DNA of 64,000 nt from Thalia democratica (taxonomy: Eukaryota): positions 7,564,001-7,628,000 of the forward strand of contig OZ241834.1 in NCBI GenBank assembly GCA_965202585.1, in the 5' to 3' direction. A program made the translations under genes and the position numbers. Of the stretch, positions 1-13,400 are shown in pieces. Every line of letters starts with the position of its first letter. Position 1 is the first letter of the stretch. A model generated the notes under the pieces. The model was not told the origin of the DNA. It saw only the letters and a program-made list of their open reading frames with translations, and did no database searches.

Positions 1-1419
1 AAAAAAAAGTTGTATATCGAAGTTATAGTTAAATAACTAACTTCAACCAAAAAGTTACAAACACTAGATTGTTACTATAAGTTATATTTAGATGAACTTT
101 AAAAGCCCAATTAATTATCATACTTTACAACGTTGCAACTCACACTACATGACTAATATGTTGGCGCATGAGTGAATTTTTCTCTACAGCTACGCGAACT
201 TGATGAGCAAGCAAAAAAATAATTAGCAAAATAATTTGAAATATTTTCAAGAAACTGCTGGGGCGTGCTAAATACACTACGACCAGAAAATTAAACAATT
301 CAAACAAGGAAAACAAAAAAAAACGAGCAAAGTTTTTATTGCGCATCGAAAAGTTTGAACAACTTTTTTTTGTCAAACTTCAAGTAGTTTTTACATGCTA
401 AATCTTTTTGTATAGAACTTGTAATCCGGACAAATCCGAGAGCGAATATTTTTTTATTCATTTGAAATTTACAACAATGGCTACTTTTGAACATTTTACT
501 TTGTAAAAATCAATAAAGAATAATTGTATGGCGCCGATAAGTTTAAAACCAGCCACGAAATAATAAAACACAAAAAAATATTCTTATAAATCCTTAACAA
601 ATAGCCTGTGAGAGAATAAAACCTTGCATGTACTGATATATAAGTAATTTAGTATCGATTGATTGAAATATTCACAATAGCTTTTGAACAGTTGACCATA
701 TTTAAAACTCAACTCTATGTATTGATTTCATTAGGAATATCAACACAAAATATTGCTGTTTTATTTAGGCTTTTTAACATACAACATTTAAGTGTAAATT
801 CAAAAGTAAATATTAAAAATCAAACTTTAGAACTTTAAAAATTAAACACACTTTTGATAAAAGACTATAAAGTATTTAGATTTTATTTGTTGTAATCTCC
901 CCAAAATTACCTAAAATGTTTTATTAACTTAAAACTTCACATTTACAAAGTTTAAAGTTTTTAAAGATATTAAGAAACAAAATTTTTTATTTAGATTTTC
1001 TTTTTATTTTTAAGAACACTTATCATATTTACTCAAAGTTGCATGATAAAAGAAACAAATTGGTTGCTAAAAAAATTTTATAAAAAAAATTTTCAAACAC
1101 TTTAGACATGAAAGTAGTTTATAAGTGTGTTTCGAAAAATTTTCTACTTAATAAAATAATGCAGTGTATTTGTCGACATTTTTTATTTAAATTTTGTCCC
1201 GAATAAAATTAAATGTCAATACTTTTTTGGTATTTAAACTACTATTTGAAATAAGTTGCAACTAAGTAAAAACATAATAACAGTTATTCTAAAAAAATCA
1301 CAGTTTTTTCACAATGTATTAATATTCACAAGTTTTATAATTATATGAAAGATAGGATTAAATACTGAATTTTTATCAACTTAAAATTAATCAGAAATAC
1401 ATTCAAATACTTCTCACAC

Positions 1420-4400
1420 CTGTTGAATGGGAGCTTTCGAAGTTTGTGCTTCTTCGACCAGCCTGACGATCTGACTGAGCGCGGAGTCCTGCCCCACATG
1501 TGTAGCTTGCACCAGCAAACTCCCGTTCAAATTGATGGAACCGCCTATCACTCCGTCACCCGCCTTCTTCTGCACCGGCATGGATTCGCCTGCGGGTTGA
1601 ATTGTATTCGTATATTAATAATACATAAATCGTGATAGAAAAGTTTTTCGGATTAACTGCAAACTTTCCTGAAAAAGCTCAACTTTTGAGGTAAGTATGA
1701 AATGATTTTATGAAAAAAAGAAATGAGATTCTGTTCGTAAGGGCGGCTCTTAATACTTTGTTTTAAAATTTTTGTTAAGCTTTACTATAAACTAAGTAAC
1801 TCTTTAAACGATTATTAACGAACTATAAGTTATTTATACCTTGAGATATTTGAAGTTTTCATTCTTAAATTAAGTGTATTTATAAGGTATTTAATTTCAA
1901 CAAACCAGTAATGACGCTCTTAATAGTTTTCTAAGACTTGAGATAAGTGATTTTTAAAAATATTTTTCCTTAAATAAACTGTATACAAATCATACCAGTA
2001 ATAACGCTCTCATCGCACATGGACATCCCCTCCACCACTTTTCCGTCGACGGCCACTTTGGCGCCGGGGACGATGCGGAGAAAGTCCCCCCTCTGCACCA
2101 GTTCGACGGGTATCAGTTTCTCCTCAACCACCTTCTTGTCGCCGTCGAACACCACCAGCACGGCCTCGGTGGCTTGCAGCTGCATCAGCTTCGCCAGCGC
2201 CTCCGACGTCTTGCTCTGTTGATGTTGAAATATAAAAATATAAAAATAAATATAATATATTATACATAAATATGAATCTAATGTGCTCCGATGTCTTTCT
2301 CTGTTTTTATATTTATTTATGCCATAAACATAATGAGTTTGAAAAATCAATATAAATTAATAAAATATAAATTTTAATTCAAAATAAAACATTATATTTT
2401 GCCTCTGATGTCTTGCTCGGTTGTTATTAAAATATTAAAATATAAAGTGTAAAAAAATATATTTTTGTTATAAGCATAACAAGGTTGAAAAACAATGCAA
2501 ATAGTTTGCATTACGTGGTTAGGTAAAATTTAAGGTTTGAAAAAACATTACGTTTTATAAATATGAATCTAATGTGCTCCGATGCCTTCCTCTGCGGATA
2601 TCTTTTATGTGTTTCGTTTATATAAAATAATAAGTACATATACGAAAGAAGAAATATGGAAAGTTTTGAATTGTGTGCAGTTTCCAATAAAACAAACAAA
2701 ATAAAAACGTAAAATCAATTAATAAAAATTACCAGCTTTTTCGATGTCTTGCTCTATTCATTTTTTCATATTTTTAATTGTAATTTTTTTATGAAGTGCT
2801 TAAATTATGTGTTGTTTTATGACGAAAAAAGTATATGGCTTTACACACTAGTTTATTAATTTTAAATTTGAAATGAAAGAGATTTTTTATTGTAAAAAAC
2901 ACGTTATTACTATATTATTACGCTTTTTATGTCTTGCTTTGTTTGTAAAGTAAAAGAAACATAAATAAAGTAAAATTTTAAATGAAAAAAAAACTTTTTC
3001 AAGTATAAATACTTTTTTTAAATTATTTTCAGTTTGAAAATAATAAAACAAACATATTACTCTGAAATCTTAAAAATATTACTATGAAGAACATATAGTG
3101 ATGTAAATCAACATGAAGAAATATATCATTTATTCAAAAAAAAAAATCGTAATAAATTATTGAAGTATTTATTTAACTTTAATTAGAACAAACATGAAAC
3201 ATTTTATAAAATACAACATTTTTAACTAAATTATTTACTTTAACATTCCTAAAACCGACCATCACAATGTGTTCTAGCCATGAAAACATAAATTAAGTGT
3301 AAAAAAGGAAATAAAGTAGTTTATAAAAAAAATTAAATGACATTTTTTGGGATATAAAAGTTATGTAAATAAATATGGAAATAAATAATTATAAATAAAT
3401 CACCTTTAATAAAATTATTTTTTATCAAATTCATAAACGAACCTTTGCAATGTGTTCGAGCCACCTTCCGAGCGAAATGAACACGAAGAGCATGGGTGGG
3501 GTTTCGAAGAAGGTTTTGGGTGATCCCTGGCTCTGCTCTATCATGGCAACGATCAGTATCACCAGGGAGTAGGTGTACGCGATGCTGGTTGCCATGACGA
3601 TCAACACGTCCATGTTCGCCGCTTTATGCTTCACTGATTTCCAAGCTTGCACGTAGAAGTACCTTCCTCCGAACAACTAAAAGTTTGGTTTTGTTGAAAT
3701 TTTGTTGAAATTTTAAATAAAATAAATTATATAATCAACTTAATGTGAATTATTTAGTTTTTACTCAAAAAACTACAAGCTAAAACAATAAAAATTTATT
3801 TGAAAGTATCATAAAGCAAATTGTCAAATATAAGATACTTTCCGTAAAAAACTAAACATTAGGTATTTTCATGTTTAAGGAAATTTCTGTCAAATTAACT
3901 ACTTTTGCTTATCAAAATTTAAAAACATGTATAGACTACAGTTTTCAGCAACTTTGAATTTAGTTTAAGAAAATTACTGCAAACATTGATTTTAACCATC
4001 AAAGATCATACATTAAATTGTGTTCAAAGTTTTTTTAAAAAAACACCTTTCCAAAAATTAAACATAGAATTAGATACGCAATTCTATGTCAATTATAACA
4101 ACTACTTATTCAACCAATTATCATAACTAAACTTTAAACTTGTAGAAACAATCCGATCTGAACAGGGGTGCAGAGAAAATTCAAACAGTAAGTTTTTTAA
4201 ATTAGTTAAATACTTGACTACAAAACTGTACGGGTGCTTGTAAATGTTATGTATATAAAAGTATCATTAAGAGCAATTATAAATCAACCTGTACGGGGGT
4301 GCACAAGACGAACATGAGGACGTTCTGCAGGCTCAAGCCGGGCAACAGCATGGTCGGATGGTCGTGAGCCCCGCTAGCCATGTAGTATATCATTATGATG

Positions 4401-7400
4401 ATGACCGGCAGCCCGAATATGAGCGACGACAGGAACGTTTGCCGCCACTGAGCGATCTCGTTCTTGTGGTCCAACCCGCCCAGCTTGTTGTCGCTTGTGC
4501 GCAACACTGCCGTGAAACCGATCGACTGGAGAAAGAATTTAGATTTTAGTATTTTATAATTTTGTGTCAGTTTTACATATGCTACACAATAAAATAAAAC
4601 ACTTTAAAAATAGCTAAAACACAGTCTTGTAGTTTTTATAATGGAAATACAAATTTTTAAAATTCATCACGGAAGCTGCTTCGACTATATCAATGTTTTT
4701 ATAAGTTTATGTAGCTTATAAATTATAATACATATTTGTTATTGTGTTCTTAACGATTAATTTTTGTTCATTTAAGTGTTGAACAGAAAGTCACTCTTCA
4801 ATTTTTTCATACATGCAATAATACTGAGTAGCCAGCCACAACTTAACTTTAACATTGAACAAATTATTAATTAACAACAAAAATTCACCTCAATATGTTT
4901 GATGATGTCGCGTATTCCAATGATGCCGGTGTCGTACTTGATAAGAGCACTGGAAGTGGCCAGCGCCACAGAAACGTACTCAACTCCGTCGACTTTCTGC
5001 AGTGAAGACTCTATCTTGTGCACGCAGCTTGAACACGTCATGCCCCCGATCTGTCATGAAAAGTTAAGTGAAGTTGAAAAAAATTGTAATTTTTGGCTGA
5101 AGTTTATGTTAGAGGATTTTTGGATCGCTTAGTTATAATTACGAAAGTTTCAACGATGGTTAAAAAATAATCTTGGAAAAAAAAACATCAATTAGTAATG
5201 GTTGGAGAAAAAAAATTATAGCCTTGCATTTTATTCGTTTTGAAAACAAGCTAATTTACTCGTGAACTGCTATAAATTTAATTTTTCAAAAGAACAACTT
5301 CACCCACATTCAGTTCGACGTTTCCATTGTTGCTGTTGCTTTCCATCAGAGTCGCTCCGAATCCCAGGTCTTCGACGAAATTGACAATTTCGTCCGGAGT
5401 TACGAGTTCGGGTAAGTACCTGACGTCTGCTTTTCCCGCCATCAATCCCACCAGTATCGACACTATTCCTTCTTCCCTGCCTGCATGAGGGTGGATTTGT
5501 ATGTGTGTTTGGTTAAATAATTTACAACTTGTCAAAAGTAATTTAAAATAGTTTAATATTTTCGACTAGAGTTTCGTTACAACTGTTTTATACATAACTA
5601 AAAGTGAGCCTCATATAAGATTACAAAACAACTAAAAGAGTCTTATTTATAACAAATGCTGTGAAATTATTTTAATAACTAAATCTAAAATTAAATACTT
5701 CTGTATTTTTAAGTTTAAATTTTGGAAATTTTCATTAAACTATTCTAAAAAACTATCGTTTAATCGATAAAATAAAACAGTCAACTTATAATACGATCAT
5801 TTTTAAATATTTATAGTACCGATATCTTAAGCGAAAGACAATTATTCAACATTAAGGTATATAATCAATCAAATATTTATATTTTTGAAATCCACTAAGT
5901 TCATGAAACAACTAACCGACGTTACGTTCGATATTGTTAACACACGAAGCGCAAGTCATACCGGTTATTGAAATGAAGCACCTCGCTACATTGTCATCCA
6001 GTTGTATTGATACCTGTTACAATGTGTTGTATTTGTTTGAAAAAAATATTTCAACAAACGTTGACATGATACTAAAGTTAAACAGGCAGTACTATAGATA
6101 CTATACTTTAGAAATATGTATAATATTATAGATACTATACTATATGTTTTATATTATTAACTAACTATTATATTACTATTATATTTCCAACATATATGTT
6201 TATCTTATTTTTCTGAAACATTATTGAAGTAAAGAAGAATAAAGAAGAACCTAAACGAATCAACTACAAAACATTTCAAAAATAACTTAAAGAATAAAAC
6301 ATGAAACAAGTTGTAGACACAGAATAGGTTAGCACATAATAATATAAATTATTAACATCCATGATCATATTCCATAAATAATTAAAAAATTTAATTGTAT
6401 TTTTTTGGTATAAAAGCACTTAACTAAACTATAAGTCTAAAAACTTATAAAAAGAACTAAAAATTTACAAAACCATAATTTCATAGTAAATTTTGTAAAA
6501 TTTAAATTCTGTAATGATCTATAATACTCAAATAAAAGTTATATTTTTCCTTTTGACTTAACTAAGAAGTTTAAAATAGTAGTACTTTAAGGGCATAGGG
6601 AGGTCCAACATTTCTTCTTTTACAGAAGTTAACATTGGCTCTTATTTCAAGGCTTACAGTATATACTATAAGATACTTTTTATAGAACAAAAAATAATTA
6701 TTAACTTATGGATATGTCAAGTTTTGTAAAAAAAATCTGATACAACCGAATGGAATCAAAAAATTTCAAAAACAATTTTCTCAGTATTTTGAAAAATATA
6801 TTAAAAATATATTTTCAATGCAATTTAATTCTAATTTTCAGGAAATTTACTTTTAAACATTACAAAACAACTTGTAGGAAGCAGATTTTTTAAAATAGCC
6901 ATAAAAAAGTTACGACAAAAGCTTAAAAAAAAAAATTTATCTAAACTCCGATGAAGGACCTATTGTGCGCTCATTTATCAAAAATTACTCTGAATTTAAA
7001 TAAGTGGTAAAAAGTGACACTAATTATGTAAAAAACAAGACTAAATTTAAAAAAATTTACCCCTATGCCCTTAATATGCCTACGTACAAATTAAAGTTAA
7101 GGTTTTAAAATAGAACAAAAAAAAAATTCTTTCAAGATTTTTGCTCAACACAATTAGAAATAATTATTTACAATATATAAACTTATTGCTTTATCGTTAA
7201 AAAAAAAAAACAACTTTATTAGTACAAACAAACTTATCCTTATTACTATTCAAAAAAGTTATTAAAGATATTTTATACTTTAATTAAAAACCGTAGAAAG
7301 TGTTGTTATGTGTAATAAAAGTTGTGAACTAGTTTAATAAATATATGCTAAGAATAAAGCCATGTCAAAAAATCATGGAAAATCAAAAGCTTTAAACTAT

Positions 7401-10400
7401 TTAAACTTGCAATGACATTTTTTTAATGATACATATACTGTAAAGTTTAATAAAATATAAACAATTAAACACGTGAAAGGTAACATAACCATGCTTAACT
7501 CAACTAAGTGTGTAAAATGTATACTTAGCACTTTAGACAATTAATGCAACTAAAATCATTTATTTAAAACATCTACAGCAAAAGAACATAAAATATTTTC
7601 ATATAATTCATGAAAAACAGACAACAATTTCACAACTACCTGCTCTGACTTGACGGGCTGCACTTTCCTCGAGTGTTTCTCCTTTTTCTTCTGATAAATC
7701 CCGCCGCCAGACGGCATCAGCAGCTTCTTCTCGCTCCTCGAGTTCGAGCTCTTGCTTCTCGACTTCACCGAGCTCGAATCGTTACCCGCAGGCGGGGGTT
7801 TTATCTTCACCAGCGGGATGCTCTCCCCCTCCCTCTTGTCGGGTTTCAGCGACTCCCCCGACGGCAGCACGGCTTCGAACCCCAGCTTTTGTATCTCGGC
7901 TCCGACCTGCCTCACCGTCACCACGTCCGGGTCGTGCACGACGAACGCGCATTTCTCCACCAGCGACACCGTCACCTGCGAAATTAAATTGAGATTTTTA
8001 AGACGACCGTGAACCGACATGATGATGGTCAGAAACTTATTGGTAGTTTTTTTATTGAAACTTGGTAAATAAAAATTGTTTGGGTTGTTAAACGGAAGTA
8101 TTACTTTCAAGTTCAGTTTTACCTGCACGACGCCCGACCTCTCGCTCAGACTTCCTTCAATCTTCCTCACGCAAGAGTTGCACCGCATCCCGTTCACCAT
8201 GATCACGGACCTCTGCGAGTTCAGCGAAACTTCTGTGAACTGATTCGCGTCGCCGATTGGTTGTTTTTGTGGCGATACGACGCCGAACACTATCGAAGCT
8301 TCAAATCCGAGGTCTTCTATTGCGTCTTTGATCTGATCCAGCGATATCAGGTCCTTGTTGTACTCCACTTCGGCTTCTTTGTTCTCTAGGGAAACCTGAG
8401 TGGAATTTTCAGTGAGTTAAAATTAAAAATGGTTTTTTGAGAAAATATTTGGCGCGAGTAGTTTTTAAATAGTTAAATAGTTAGTAGGCTTTATTTGTTT
8501 AATGCTTCTAGTTTTACCAATTTTGTTTTAAAAATAGTAAAGCATCTTTGACATTTGCGTTAAAAGTATTGTTTTTATTTATTCACTGATGTAGTAAATT
8601 TTATATGATTAAAATACAACTAATTTGAACATGTAATAGTAATGTTTTCGTCTAATTTATCACAACGACTTTTATTTAAACTAAGTAATTTTGACTAACA
8701 AAATAAACTTCACACAAAGTTATGAACCATGTAGTTATAGAATTACATTTTTATAGTAAAGCTTCAATTAAAGGTAATTAAAAATATACTTGTTAAGGTA
8801 ATAAAGTGATCCACCTTGTTTAAAAGTTTTAATTATAACTTGTAGAGTTTATTCTTAGTTACCAAATACTTATACACAAATATAAAAACTAGGAGCAGTT
8901 TTCAAGCACTAAGAGATAAAAGATGAGATTTTAACTGAGTCATAATTGAAAATTAAACTAAAAAACGCAAAATAACATTAAAAAATTAAAAAAATATCGT
9001 TTTTGCACGTTATAAGAGATATTTTATAATTGTAAACAATTTATTTTAATCTCATTTAAAAATATTTTAACTGCAAGGTTGAAAAACAATTTTAAAAACA
9101 GTTAATTAGTTGTTAAGATATTGTAAGAGTATCGCTTAAACAACTTTTTACAGCTATGTATAGTCAAAGACATTAGATTCTATTTAATCTACAACAACAA
9201 AACTGATATATAACTTGAAATTTTTTAGCATTAATGCTAAGATGATATTAAAAGACATCAAGTAGATTAGCACATAGTAAAAATATTTATTTTTACTATC
9301 ATTTCTAAAATTCTATTTATTTTAAATGAGATAATTAAGAAAACATTATTGTTACTAAAATGATTAAAAACATAACGAACTACAATCAAAATAGTAAACT
9401 ATTTAGATGGTGTTCGGCTAAAAGAAGCCAAGTTTTTTATCAAAATAATAAATTTGAAACAGCTAATCCTGAAGTCATATTTATAAAGCAATTACAAACA
9501 ACCTACCAGGTAAGTATGTATATATACATATAAATAAAACTGCACAAAAATAAACTTCTCTTAGAACAACTGTTTTTGCCTTCAACACGTCAGCCAAGTG
9601 TTTTATTATATCAAAGGCAAACATCATAAGCACAGTAACAAAATTATAAAAATTAGTTATTACGCAATAATAGAATAATTAACTAGCGTATTTTGAACAA
9701 CATTAATAACACAGTTTTTATATAAGTTGTTTTCGGTAATGTAGACAACCAGTTTGCAATTCATTTCTTTTTTTTCGAGATTCTGATTTTTCAATGTTTA
9801 AAATTTGTATTTTATTTGCGTTGCATAATTAACATCCATTTTTTAAACTGTATTTGTTTGTTCTTGTTAATATTTCCCAGTAAATTTTAAACATTAGAAT
9901 ATATATATTAAAGGTTTTATACAAAGTTCTGATCGATAGTGCTCGACAAATCAAATTGGAGCTTAATATTTATTTAATTATATAAAAACTATAATTTAAA
10001 CAGCTGTTTCACACATTGAAATGTAAAATTTCATTCGATCGTCAGTAAGTTACAGTTTATTATAATAGTGAACAGAAATTTCAATTTTAGAATTTTTTTT
10101 TAGAATTTTTTATAAAAAATTGTTATAAAAATTGTTATAAAATACATAATTGTTATAAAAAATTCTAAAATCGAAATTTCTGTTCACTATTATAATAAAC
10201 TGTAACTTACTGACGATCACATGAAATTTTATATTTCAATGTGTGAAACAGCTGTTTAAATTATAGTTTTTATATAATTAAATAAATATTAGAATATATA
10301 TATATATACTAAGGCAGAAATATTAACCTAACCTTTAAAATATAAATATTCTTATAGTTGGCTTTACTATGTACCTAAACGTCATAACCTGTTTTAATTA

Positions 10401-13400
10401 TTTTTGAAAACTATATTTAGCTTTTTTTATGAGTTTTATTTGCTTAGTCGCTTTATCAATGCAGTATCAATCAAAAAACTTTTTAAATCATTGTAAAAAA
10501 GTTAAGCAAATAAACTACAAAATTAAACTTTTATAAAAGTTGTGCATGAGTTACGTAATAAAATCACAATTGCATAAAAAATAAAACATTAAAAGAAGTA
10601 AAAGACAACACTAACCCTTAAGTAATAAAAATGAAAGGTTTCACAATAAATCATGTTTACTTAGGTCAATGTTTTATCAGTGAGAGATAAAAAAAGCAAC
10701 ACTATATTAAACAAAGGAATGCAGCTTAAATGAATCTGCAGCCTTTAACTTTTCTTCAAATAACAATTACGTATGGTTTACATTTTTAGTTTAAAACAGT
10801 CTTGCAGATAGCTTTAGATAACTAAAAATAGTTAATAAATACAAACCAAAAAAAAATAATGAAATTGAAGCACTGTAGAGTTTTGTTGCACAAAAACAAC
10901 ACCAACCTTTATACTCTGCACTCCGGTGTAGCAGCCGATTTGCGACTCGATGGTCTGCACGCACGAACCGCAGGTCATCCCCTCGATCGAAACTTTTCCG
11001 TTCGAAGTTCGCTTCTTCACGCCTTCGGTGCACACTTCAGCGTCGAAACCCAGATCTTCGATGGCTTCAACGATGGCGTCGACTTGCAGAACTTCAGGGT
11101 AGAAATCGACCACCCCCTGCTTGTTTTGCAGATGAACCTGGAAATTTGTTTTTTGTTGAGGAGTTTTTATTAATATTATATAAATATAAATAAAATTAAC
11201 AACTTTAATTGGCCATACTTGAATTAAAATGTTTTAACAATACAAAGCTTTGAAAGAATTATTGTTGGTTCATATTCTAATTGACAGACTGTTTTAAGCT
11301 TTAATAAGTAATTAGTGCAATAAAAATTATTTTACATGCTTTATAGTAATAATCTCACTGATGTGTAAAAACGTTTAAGTTATTAACATGAACTCAAAAC
11401 CTTAAAAGTTTAAGTATTCACTTTGTTTTTCATCATCATCAGAATTTAAAAAATAATAATAATAACAAATAAACTAACCACAATAGAGATGATTCCAGGC
11501 ACTTTAGCCACATTTGATTGGATGGTTTGTACACAGGCATCGCATGTCATTCCATCAATGTTAACTACTATTTGTTCACCTGTTAAGCAACCACAATTAA
11601 CTTCAAATCATTTTGTATTGATAATTTTTTTGTATATGTTTACATCAAGAAATTGTTTTAATTATATTTTCACAAATTTAATAAATTTAGTGTAAATTTT
11701 TTTTAAATTATTTTGTAGATAAAATTTTATGCAAGATAATCTGTTTTCATTATCAAATTTTAGTACAGATTGAGCTAGTTTTCGGAACCAACATATACCC
11801 TTGTCTAAAAACAACTAAAATACTCAATAAATGTTTAAAACAACATATTAAGAGTAAAACTATTTACTTAATTAAAAAGTTAACACTAAATGAAATTTTT
11901 AAACACATAATAATAAATAAAGGTAAACTAAATAATATTTAATTGTTACTCTCGATCTGTTATCAGGAATAATCTTATTATTCAAACTAGACTTTTTCTT
12001 AAAATTTATTTAAGATCTAGATACTTTTTACAGTTACCAAGACTTTAACTAATTTTCGAATTATAAAGATACTAAAGCTGCAGAGTTTGAAAGGTTTCTC
12101 ATAAACAGCTTAAACTGTTATATAAATAAAAAAGACTTCATTAGAAGTACGCTTACACATAAGTTGTTACACAACGTCATTCATACTTATATAATTTACT
12201 TTCTACTAACTTAAAAACCTTTTTGTAAACATAAAATAAAAAAGCGTTGTTTTTTTTATTGCTCTCTTAAAACTTATGTTTTTTTAATAACAAACAGTAT
12301 TCGACTGTTTATAATAAATCACTTATTCCACAAGTTTAAGAGATCTAGTAGAAAAAATATTTTCGGAAAGTTTAAAATAATAAAATTAGTAAAATGATTA
12401 AAGTACTCTTTTTTAGAAAACTATTTACAAATTTAATTATAATTAAAAAAGTGTTTTATGCTCAGTAGTAGTAGATTAAACTCATAAAACAAGCTCTCAT
12501 ATGACACCATAAATCGTTTTTAAAAAGAAAATTTAACTCAAAGTTACATTTTATAATTTTAGAATAAAAATTGTATAGTTTATACATTTTAAACGCTTTT
12601 AGTTATTAATAAATTGATTTTTTAATACAAATAAAAGGTTCAATATCCTTAAAGTATATCAAAAACAATAAAAACTCGATAAAAAGTTGCTAACAGGGTT
12701 GCTGAATTTTTTTGTAAATTTCTTCCAAGTTTTCTTAATTTCTTCCAGTTTTTTCAAAAACAATTTTTTGGCGTAGTTTTAGTATAAAATTAAACTTAAG
12801 GTAAAAAAAAAAACTATCTTAAACAGTATAACAACATTAAAAATATTCTGTAAACATACTTTAAATATGTTTTTTAATGAAAAATTATTTTATGATACAA
12901 TTTTATTTAATCTATATGATAGATACTTTGTATCAAAAAGAAATTTCATTGATTTACATGTAGGAGTAGTTGAAAAGAAAGCTCCAAGTTTTTCTAGGAT
13001 TTTTATTGAGTTTGTTGGAATTTCCAAGTTTTTCCTGATTTTTTTACAAAAAATTACAAATTTCAGGTTTTTCAAAATTTGTTTTGCCTAAATTGTCAAA
13101 ATCTAGATTTTTCAGGTTATTCCAGGATTACAGGTTTTTTTTTGCAACCATGTGCTAAGTTTATTTTTAAATATCAAAAGAAAAACTTTTTTTATATAAT
13201 CTTTTTTTCAAGTTTCAAACATGGAACTGTGCTTAAAACAAACTTTCAAAATTATTTGCATCAAAACCAGCGTCTTCAATTGCTTCAACAATACTTTCCA
13301 CATTTGTAACAGACTTGTCGTAATAAACTTGACCGTTTTCTTTGCTCAGATTAACCTGTAGTAATAAGAAGTACTTTTAAGCTTTTTATTATACTAAAAG

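Noticed and set aside
1-1419. ORF 140-376 or another segment as the next ATP7 exon
   Set aside because: No LAD(K/R)..GYFVP or CPC-like peptide found; the next exon probably lies outside the window.
5562-5620. Weak hammerhead-like string on the minus strand (atatgaggc...cgaaactctagtc)
   Set aside because: Core CUGAUGA broken and stems not formed; not supportable.
1423-11173. Plus-strand ORFs overlapping ATP7 exons (1423, 2019, 4358, 4899, 5934, 7673, 7752, 10859)
   Set aside because: Antisense shadows of GC-rich exons, with no independent motif.
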